From a virus: a DNA stretch of 58,655 nt. The notes below the pieces were generated by a model. The model was not told the DNA's origin. It did no database searches and saw only the letters and a program-made list of their open reading frames with translations. The position numbers and the translations under genes are program-made. Of the stretch, positions 25,791 through 35,900 are shown piece by piece. The number at the start of each line of letters is the position of its first letter. Within the stretch, counting starts at the first letter, position 1. The DNA is taken from the IMG/VR virus record IMGVR_UViG_3300044994_000219, positions 1 through 58,655 of that record; one strand, given 5' to 3'.

Positions 25791-26812
25791 GCGGACTGGC
25801 GATTCTCACGGGGCTGGGGCAAGGCGCGATGCAGGGATCCCAGTTCATGCTGAACGCACGGCAGCAAGAGGAGCAGGCGCGACGTCAGCAGGCGCAGCTC
25901 AGCATGTTGCAAGAACGGCACGCCTGGCAAAAACAGGACCGCGAACGCGAGGCGCAGGAGCAGGAGCGGGTGCAGGCCTGGCAGAACCTGTCGATGAGCG
26001 TGGATACCAACTATCGGGATCGTGACCCGCTCGACCGTAACGCGATGAAGCTGGACCTCGGAATGAAGGCCGGGATCATTCAGCCCAACGAATTCCAGGC
26101 CTTGATGGCGCAGCGCAACCAGCTCGAGCAGGAAGGCCTGCTGACCGACATCGCGATGGGGAATACCAGGGCACTCGAGCAGAAGTTTGGCGCACGCCTC
26201 GGTCAGCCGGTAACGATCAGGCAGACCCGGCGCCCGGATGGGCGGATGCTCTTTCAGGTAACCGGCGCGAACGGCCAGGTGATGAGCGAACTGGACGAGG
26301 AGCAGATCGGCATACTGCTCGGTGTCGATCGCCTCGTGCAGATGGGCGAGGTTGGGCGTGAGCGGGAGAAACACGCTGCGGATCTGCGCAAGACGGACAG
26401 CGAGATCGGGCGTAACAAGGCGTCTGCCGCCGCCAGCCACGCCAGCGCGAAGAAGTATCAGGCAGAGGCGCGTGGTCAGGAGCTGGAGAACGAGGGGCTG
26501 GCGGCATTGCCCCCTGCAGATCGAAGGGGCACCCGCCAGAAAGGGGCGGACGATTGGATGTCCACCGGCGCCAAGGAGCAGGAGATGTACCGTCGCATGT
26601 CGCCGGAGCAGCAGAAAGCGTACCGGGCACGGCGGGTGGCGGAGATGACCACCGATCTCCTGAAGACGAACAACACGTCCTATATCGGGCCCGGCGGGCG
26701 GGCCAAGGCGCGGGCCGACGCCGAGGCGGAAGTCGATACCATCCTGGGTGCGGGCCCCGCACCTGGCGCAGGGTCGGCGGAGGACGCAGACCCGCTCGGT
26801 TTGTTCAAGTGA
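25787..26812 (+). CDS. Internal virion protein (charged coiled coil)
   Basis: 341 aa, rich in Gln/Glu/Arg, translationally coupled to the upstream gene. Confidence 0.7.
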   Translation: MSGLAILTGLGQGAMQGSQFMLNARQQEEQARRQQAQLSMLQERHAWQKQDREREAQEQERVQAWQNLSMSVDTNYRDRDPLDRNAMKLDLGMKAGIIQPNEFQALMAQRNQLEQEGLLTDIAMGNTRALEQKFGARLGQPVTIRQTRRPDGRMLFQVTGANGQVMSELDEEQIGILLGVDRLVQMGEVGREREKHAADLRKTDSEIGRNKASAAASHASAKKYQAEARGQELENEGLAALPPADRRGTRQKGADDWMSTGAKEQEMYRRMSPEQQKAYRARRVAEMTTDLLKTNNTSYIGPGGRAKARADAEAEVDTILGAGPAPGAGSAEDADPLGLFK

Positions 26813-26815
26813 TGT

Positions 26816-26838
26816 AGCGCCCGCCTCGTGCGGGCGCT
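26816..26838 (+). terminator. Hairpin sharing its core with the portal terminator
   Basis: AGCGCCCGC-ctcgt-GCGGGCGCT has the same GCCCGCCTCGTGCGGGC core as 10329..10354. The T-tract is weak. Confidence 0.5.
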
Positions 26839-26845
26839 GTTGCAA

Positions 26846-26870
26846 GAGGACACCCCCGCCGCGAGAAAAC
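26846..26870 (+). promoter_or_regulatory. AGGACACCCC motif copy
   Basis: agAGGACACCCCcgccgcgagaaaac lies 45 nt upstream of the giant gene. Confidence 0.5.
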
Positions 26871-26910
26871 AGGCAAGGTACGGCATCCCCCCCCTTGTCC
26901 TGTTGACGCC

Positions 26911-29900
26911 ATGAGCAAACTTGCCGAATTCCGCGAGAAGAACCCTGCCTACAAGGATGTCCCCGACGAGAACCTGGCACCGGCCCTGCACCGGAAGTTC
27001 TACAGCCACATTCCGCAAGACGAGTTCTACCGCCAGATCGGCTTCGGTGAAAAGCAGGCGCCTGGCCTGATCAAGCAGGGCATCGCCGCCGTCGGTAGCC
27101 TGCGCCAGCGCATGCAGGCCGAGACCAACGAGAACCGGGCCACCTCGGGCGTGCCGGAAGGGCCGGACAGCCCGGACGAGCAGAACCGCGCGATCCTGGC
27201 CTATCAGAAGCGCGAACGTGAGGCCGCGGTGCGCGGCGAGCTGGCACTGCGCCAGTCGGAAGTGCCGGCCGACGGCTACTTCCCGGACAACCAGAGCCGC
27301 GCGCCCGGCGCTGTCGATCGTCCGGTGGCCGAGCGCAGGATCCGCGAGCGCAACCTCGCCGCGGGGCGCACCACAGGTGAAGTCGTCAGCGATGCGGCCG
27401 GTGCGGTGGGTGCTGGCATGCAGCAGATCCTGGCTTCCTTCGTGGGCCTCTTCGCGCCCGACTCGGAGACGGCCGAGCGCATGCAGCGCGCCGCACAGGC
27501 GGCCGACGGCAACCTGAGCCCGTTCCTCCAGGCCCGCCTCGAGGAAGCCCGCGAGCGGATCCAGGCCGCGGCGCAGGACGGGCTGTGGGACGAGGTCAAG
27601 GTTGCGGCCGACGAGTACCTGACCGACCCGACGCTCTTCTCCTACTTCGCGCTGCGCACCATGCCCTCCATGCTGGGCGTGCTGGGGCCGGCCAAGCTCG
27701 CCCAGGCCGCGGCCGCGATGCGGGGCGCCTCGGCCGCGCAGATCGCGAAGGTGACCGCCGGCGCGGCCGGTGCGGCCAACGCCGGTATGACCGGCGGCGA
27801 CGCGCGCCAGCAGGCGTATGACACGATCTACCAGGCGCTGCGCGAACAGGGTGTGCCGGACGAGGAGGCGCGCGCCCGGGCGCTGGAGGAGTCGCGCTTG
27901 TCGGCCGGTGTCGGCGCGGTCCTCGGCTGGCTCGGCGGCAAGTACGGCGCGGAAGCAGGCATGCTGGGTCTGGGTGCCGGGCGCACCGCCGCGGGCCGGG
28001 CCGCCGGCGTCATTGCCGGTGAGACGGGCACCGAGCTGGCCGAGGAGCTCGCCCCGCAGCTGCTGACCAACTCGCTGGCCTCCCGCATCGACGGGCGCAA
28101 CCCGCTCGAAGGCCTGGGCGAGACGGCGGCCCAGACGGTGGCCGGCATCGGACCGATGGCGACGGCGGGTGCCGTGGGTGCGGCGCGGCAGCCGGCTACG
28201 GAGGCAGATGCCGCCGGGCGCGATCTGGCCGATCTGGTCGAGGGGGCTCAGTTCGTCCAGCCGGCGGACCAGGCCGCTCGGCAATTGCTCGATCCCGAAA
28301 ACGCACAACTGACGGAGGTTCCCGATGCTGCTGCCTCGCTAGATGCAACAGGCGATCAAGGACAAGGTGCTAACCCGCGCGGAGGCGCAGGACTGGCACG
28401 AGACGGTGGAGAAGGCGCTGCAGGAGGAAGTGGTGCTGCCGGAGAGGCTGCACCCGGCGGCGGAGCGGGTATGGCTCTGGGAGACCCCGCCGGCCAATCA
28501 ACTGCCGGCGTAGTCGATCCGCTCGATCAGCTGCTCCTCGAGCGGGAGGCCGCCGCCATTGAGACCGGCGACCCTATTGAGGTGCTGGTGGCCCAGGCCG
28601 AAGGGGCCGCACTGCGCGCCGCAGCAGGACCGCGGGAGGCGGCAGGGGCGGCCTTGCTCGGCTTCCCACAGAGCCCACAGGTCGAAAGCGCGAAGGAGGT
28701 ACCAGCTCTGCCCCGCAGCGAGATTCGCGCCGATGGGACGCTGTACGTGGCCGCCCCCGTCGAGGCGGTGCAGAACCTGACCCAGGCGCTTGGTGTCACG
28801 GGCCTCGCCGGCAAGCTGTTGCGCACGCGCAACAATGAGACGGTGGTCAGTGCGAAGACGGCAGGACAAGTGAATGCCGCCCTGCGGTATGCGCTGGAGC
28901 CGTTCCAGTATTCCGCACAGGACCAGGCCGATGTCGAACTCCTCGCACGAGCCCAAGGTGCCAGACCTGGCGCCATCCAGCTCGTCACCCCAGACGCCCT
29001 CCCTGCTACGGTGCAGGGTGCGTCTGACGCACGCCTCTCTGCCGCCGATGCAATCTTCCTCGGAAGAGTCCTGGGAGCGAATGCTCGCTCGTTGGTCCTC
29101 TTTCGAGCTGACCCAAAGGAAGTGGGGCTGGGAGGCGCCATCATTCGTGGTCGAACCGGTAAAGTCTTCCTCAATGTGGCAGGGGCCATCAATCCCGTTG
29201 CCGAAGCTGTCCATGAAGTAGGGCACTCGATCCGTCGAGAAAACGAAGGGGCGTATCAGGCTTACCTGTCCGCGCTGGCCAGCACCCAGGCGCTGGATAT
29301 GTCAGATGGCGCCCTGATCAGCTGGGCGCAAGCCAACTTCGATGGTGGTGTCACGTCGCTCGACGGGGCGCTCAAGGCCGCAGGCGTCGCCAACCGGGAC
29401 GCCCTCCTCGAAGAGTTCGTGATGGACGCCACCGGGCGGGCCAGCGTGCGGCCCGGTTTCTGGGATACCGTCTTCGACGAGCTCAGCAAGACCAACCCGT
29501 CTGCACTGCAGGCGTTCATCCAGGGCATGAAGGCTCTCGCCGCCCGGCTGCGTCAGGAGCTCTTCCAGCGGGGCGCCCGTTTCGCAGGCATCGAAAAGCA
29601 CATTCGCGACCTTGAAAAGCTGACCGAGCTGGCCGGCCGCTACTACGCGCAAGGGGCCAAGGCTGCCGGCCAAAAGGTGAGCGACGCTCACGCTGAGGCG
29701 GGAACTGTGGTAGCATCCAAGCAGCGCATCGGGCCCTTCGCGAAGGCGGAATCGGCGCGTGCGACGCAAGAGTGGCACGCCCGTCAAGGTGTGCAGTACG
29801 AGATCGAACAGACGCCCGAGGGGGTCTTCCTTGCCCGGGTGGGAGATACGAATGGACAAGCCTCAAGTGCCCAAGGTACCGGCGCCGGATTGGCGCGACG

Positions 29901-32900
29901 CGAAGGCGTACGGGGAGTACAACCGCAAGATCCTGGACAACATCAACGCGCGGATGGGCGACCCGAACGCGGCACTGCCGTGGCCGGACCATCCGGAGAG
30001 CGGGGTGGATATAACCGCGGCGATTCTCGCCCAACGTACGGACGGCCTGGAAAACCCGGATCAGTAACGGTTGTCGGGACGCACTTCTCCCGGCAGCAGC
30101 GTGCGACGCTCGCGGGGGCCCTCTTCGGTACCGGGCATGCTGCGGAGGAAGCCCGTCGCCTGGAAGGTGCAGATCCTGCGATTCGCAGTCGGATCTACTT
30201 CTACGTCGACGAAGGGAACGGTATTAACGCTGAGGCGGGTACCGGCGGCCACGCCCACGAAGTCGAACTGTCGAACCTCTACGACTGGGACACGGACAGT
30301 GAGGGGGTCGTCTCCCGTAACTACCGAGCGGGAGACCACCAGTCCGCGAACGTGGTGGAAAAGGCTCTGGTCGATGCCGGCTACGACGGCTACTACAAGG
30401 CCGCTGCATTCGGTGCGGCAGGCAAGACTCAAGGGGTTGCGGTGCTGCTCGGCAAGCGGCACCTTGGCGTACCGGTGGCCTACCTCGGTCAGGGTGACGG
30501 CAAGATCCCGGCGCGGCCCGGCGCCAAGCCGGTCAAGACGGACACCGTCAGCCCGGTCACCCAGGCCAAGGAACTGGCCGCCCGCGCCCGGGCGTTGAAG
30601 GGGCTGCCGGCCGGGGAGTTGCCGGCCAGCCGCTGGCGCGACATGCTGGCGGGCGCAGACGAGGAGGTCTTCCAGGCCTTCGACAAGGCGGGCCTCCTCG
30701 ACGGCGAGGAGCGGGTGTATCTGTCGGAGCTGGCCGGGCGCTACGTGCGGCAGGCAGCGGCAGGGGAGGTGGTGCGCAGCCCGACGCGCACCCTGGAGAA
30801 GGAGAATCAGGTCTCCATCACGGTAGGGGGCAAGCCGGGCGAGTTCGGCTGGTCGCCGGCGGCGAAACTTGCGGCCGCGCAGCAGGAGCCGGCGATGGAT
30901 CCGGCGAAGCTGGAAGGTAAGGAAGTGCCGCCCTTCGTAGGGCCGACGCAACAGCGTCCGAGCCTTGAAGCAATCGGGGAAGCGGTGCGCAAGGTGCTGG
31001 CTGCGAAGTCGGCGCGTGACACGATCGAGGCACTGACCGGGGCTCGGATCACCGGGGTGGCCCAGATCGCAGGGTCGTGGGAAGGCAAGCCGGAGCCCAG
31101 CTTCGTGCTGACCGGGGAGATGTCCTTCGAGCAGGCCAACGAGGCGTCGAAGGTGCTGGGCTTCTTGATGGCCCAGGACGCAACGGTGGCCGCGCAGCCG
31201 TGGTTTGAAGAGGCGGACGGTCAGATCCCGGCGATCCTGATCAGCCAGAACAAGGTGATGACGGCCGAGCAGGTTCAGCGCCTGGCCGATGCGGCGCGGG
31301 CCGCCGGGCTTGACTATAGTACAAGTGTGGATGGCCGCGGTGCCAAGTTCCTGCACTTCGGCGATCAGGACGGCTATCTCGCGCTGCGCGCAGCAGTCGA
31401 TGAAATTCGCAAGGCGGCGGGCTTGAAGGAGCTCACCGACTTCTATGTCAGGAGCAACCTGAATGACGCAGAAACGTATCTCGAAGGCGGAGTGGGAAGC
31501 CTTCTTCGCGAAGAACGGGATCAAGCCGGCACCGGCGGACCATCCGATCTATTCCGAAGGGCCGTCGATTCAATTCTTGTCCCGTACGCAAAAGCCGTCG
31601 GAGCAGAAGGCTATCGTTTCTCCCCAGAGCGATATGGCCGACGATTCGGCCTGACCGACGCAGAGGTCGAGTACATCCGCGCGGCGCTGCGCCCGAAGTC
31701 GGGCAAGGCGCTGAGCACGGTGCCGATTGTCACCGGTGCCGAGAAACTCGAGCCGCCGCGCAACAACACGCGCACCAAGCCTTCGAGCGTCTCGAAGAAC
31801 GACCTGTTGTGGGCCTTGCAGAACCGCGCGGCCCGGGTGGGCTTCATCGAGCCGGGCGACTACTCGCCGGAGGCACGCAAGGTTATCGCCGAAGGTCTGG
31901 CCGACGAGGTGATCTACAACCTGGGCAAGGAGTCTGGCAAGAACGCGGTGGGCTGGTACGACGCCGCGATCAAGAAGGCCAAGGCCCAGTACGAGGAGGT
32001 CTTCCCGGAGCTGCGCCAGGACGCGGACAGGGAGATGCTCTTCGATGCGATCCTCGGCATTGCCAGCCAGGGCAACGACGTACATTCCAACGCGGTCTTC
32101 GCCGGCCGGGTCTATTTCTTGATGACCCGGGAGGGCATGACCCTGGGCGAGGCGGTGAAGACCTTGTCCGGCACCTTCGGCAAGCAGACCGTCGCCATCG
32201 AGAAGAACTATGCCAAGCTCCAGCATCTGCTCGATGCGAACGGCTACGACCGGGCGCGAGCCTTCTTCAACACGAAGGCAACCGTCGGCGAGCTCAACGC
32301 TATCCTGCGCAAGGACACCAAGCTCTACGGGCCCGACGGCAAGCCATTGAAGATCGAGGGGGCCGCCGAACAGACGGTCACCGGCTGGATGGTATTCGGG
32401 CCGAAGATCGGATCCTTCATCAACAACCTGCACGGTGACTACTCGATCCTGACCGCGGATCTGTGGTTCTCCCGGACGTGGAACCGCATGCTGGGCTTCG
32501 TTTTCAACCACAAGGCGGACAAGGAAAACGACCAGTACGTGAAGCTGTACCGGGCGATGGTCGAAGAGGCGCGCACCGGCAAAGGGCGCGACCTGGTCGG
32601 CACGTCCCTGGAGGAGATCGACGCCTGGGCGGCCGACCCCGAGTCGATGCTGACTTTCGCGCGCCAGGTGCATCTCAAGCGGGAAGCTGAGTACAAGGCG
32701 ATCCGCGACGAGGCGGTGACCCCGCTGCGCCAGGCGGCGAAGAATCTGCTCGAGAACCGCGAAGAGGCGACCGAGATTCCGCGTACCGATCAGGAGCGGC
32801 ACTTCCAGCAGACCACCGTCGAGGCGGCGCAGAAGATCATCCGTCGCAAGACCGGCGTGAACATTTCGATTGTCGACATCCAGGCCGTGCTCTGGTACCA

Positions 32901-35900
32901 CGAGAAGGATCTCTACAAGTCCTTCGGGGTGGGCGACTCCAAGGCGGAAGCCGCGGACTATGCGGACGCGGCGCGCCGCTTCGTCGAGCGGTTCCAGGAG
33001 GGGGATCTCTTCTACGTCGAGAAGCCGAAGCCGCGCTACGTGTGGGGCGAGAAGGGCAGCTATCTGAAGGACCAGGCGGCGGGCGACCGGCCGGCCATCC
33101 TGCGCAGCCCGCGCCGGTTACTGACCGCGGCCTGGTCCAAGCTGGCCGAGAGCCCGGACGTGTTCCAGTATCCGAAGTCGGACGCGGACACGATGCAGGG
33201 GGTGTTCAAGGATCTCGGTGTCGGATTCACCGTGTCGGAGCGCTTCGTCCTCTCCGACAAGGAAACTCGCCGCGGCGTAGTGAAGAAGTGGATCGTGAAG
33301 GGGCCCGACGGCCGGGAGGCGGAAGTCTTCCGCAACAAGAAGGACGAGATCTGGGTCAATGCCTCTGCGCTGAAGGTCGGTGTGAGCCGTGGCGCCGCGC
33401 TCTACGCGGGCCTGCTCAACTACGCCTACAACAGCCTGGGCAAGCTGATCGGTGACCCGCTGGGGGTCTCCGACATGGCGATCTTCCGCCGCACCGAGAA
33501 CATGCTCTCCTCGGCCCTGAAGTTCGGCACCACTGAGCACATGGCACCGGCCAAGGAGCAGCAGAACCCCGCGTTGTTCGCCGGCACGATGGGCCACACC
33601 TCCGGCGTGACCGAACAGTTCAAGCCTCTGGCCTGGTCGGATGACCACCAGGAAAACCTCGCCAACCTGCTGGAAGTGAGTTATGCTCACGTTACAAGGT
33701 TCGTGCCCGAGGTGAAAGATGCCTACTACGACTTCAACACCGGCGAGTTCCGCTGGTCCGCTACTGATCGACCTCTTACGCGAGGAGATTTTGAACGGCT
33801 TGCCCGTGCGCTTCGTCGCGGGCTGGGTGATCCAACCGTCGGAGTGGGAGGAGCTGAGCCTGCAGGATCGGATTCGGTACCGGCTCTCCGCCCTGGCGCA
33901 GTACGGGGAGGCGCAACGCTGCAAAGAGCAATCCTCACACATACCCTTCTACGCGCAGCGAGCAGCGAGGACGGGGGACGATCTAGTCTGGCTGCGATTG
34001 GCGGGGAGCTACGAGGGGGACTGGGACGGGAGGGACAGGCACCTGCTGGATCTGGCGCCGACCTTTCCGGAATCCTCTACTCCAAAACCCGACTATCGGT
34101 ATCCGACAACGGAAGAGGGGCTGTTCACGCCACCTCTGAAGACCTCGCCCGAGCAGGCTCAGTACCAGGTGCCGTCTTCGCCACCGACGCAGGACCGCGA
34201 GTAACAGAGCGCCTGGCGATTGGCGTCGATCGCGTCACCACCGCAGAGGAAGCGGCGCACGTCCTCGCAGCCATGCGCCGCAACGCGGAAGAGAAATTCC
34301 AGGTGCTGGTGCTCGATGCTGAGCAAAAGCCGATTGCCGTCCTGAACCTGTTCGCCGGTGCGACGAGTCAGACCTCGGTGTTCCCCGGGGTGGTCGCCAA
34401 GGCGGTCTATGAGACGCCAGGGGCTGCGACGGTCTGGTACGCCCACAATCACCCTTCGGGTAGTCCGGTACCCAGCGACGCGGACTTGCGAATGACCCGG
34501 GCCCTCTCCACGTCCTTCGGACCGGGTACCAGTATCGAGGTGGGCGGGCATGTCATTCTGGCAGGTACCCGGTACGGCGCCCTCGAAGGGGAGACGGGTA
34601 ACCCCTTGCCGGGTGGTGCTATCAAACCCCGCGCACGGAACAAGTCCGTGCCGGTGACGGTGCGCCGCATCAAGAAGGCCGGCACTTTGGCGGATGCCAT
34701 CACCAGCCCGGACGAGGCGCCGCAGGTGATCGAGAGGGTCGCCCAGGGCAAAACCGGTATCGTGTTTGCCAATGCGGCCAACGCCCCGGTGGCCTTCCTA
34801 CCGATGTCCGCCGAGCAGATGCAGGCCTTGCGCGACGGTAGCAGTGCCCGCACCCTCTTCGGTGCCGCAGCCAAGGCCAATGCCAGTGTGGCCTTTTTGT
34901 ACTTCGACCGGTCCGTGGGCAGTGCGAAAGCTGATCGCGCCCAGCGCAACCTGGCTCATGCCCTGAACGCGCGGGATGTCCGGATGCTGGACGCCTTCTT
35001 CTACAACCGGGACGGCGACCTGACCAGCATGGCCGCTCGGGGGATCCTGGAAAGTGGCGACGGGGACGGCATCTTCCGGAGCGCCGCCCGTATCCAGACC
35101 GCGGCCTTCCCGGCGCCCGCGCTGCCCGACTCCCGCAGCAAGCGCGTGCTGGACAAAGTGATCTACAACCTGCAGGACCGCCTCGTCGATCTGAAGGAGA
35201 TCCAGAAGTCGATCGAAGCAGCCGGCCGCACGATCCGCGACGAGTTCAACCCGTACATGGCCGAGACCCTGATGCACGGCAAAGCGGCCTACCGGGTGCA
35301 GCACTTCCTGGAGCAGGAGATCGAGCCGGTGCTGGCCCTGATGCGCGGGGCGGGCATCTCGGTGGAGGAGTTGAACCGCTACCTGCACGCGCGCCACGCG
35401 GCCGAGCGCAACGCCGCGATGGCCAAGCGCAACCCGAACCAGGACGAGCTCGACCAGCTCATCCAGGACGCAGGCGAAGAGCTGCTGGATGCAGAGCTGG
35501 CTGCGTCGGCCGACCCGACGGACGGGGCCGCGCAGCGCCGGGTGATCCGCGCGCAGACCCGCCTCGATGCGCTGCGTGCGGCCAAGCCCTGGAGCGGTAC
35601 CGAGGAGGAGCGCCAGCGCCTGTCCGGGATGAGCAACGACGAGGCCAAGGCGATCCTGGACGCAGCGCACGGCGGACCAAAGGCTGCGGTCTATCGCAAG
35701 CTGGGCCAGAAGATCGACGCCATTACCGGCCAGACCCGCAGCGAGATGGCCGCCTACGGACTGGAGTCACTCGAGATGGTCGGCGCGATGGACCAGGCCT
35801 ACGACCACTATGTGCCCCTGCACCGGGACATGGACGAGTCGGACCTGCTCGACACGATGGGTGGCACCGGACGGGGCTTCTCCATCCGAGGCTCCCAGGT

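Noticed and set aside
33719-34204. Alternate-frame ORFs inside the giant gene (for example 33719..34204, and 31570..32901 on the minus strand).
   Set aside because: They are nested in or antisense to a continuous 11-kb ORF, and they have neither an RBS nor protein-like composition.
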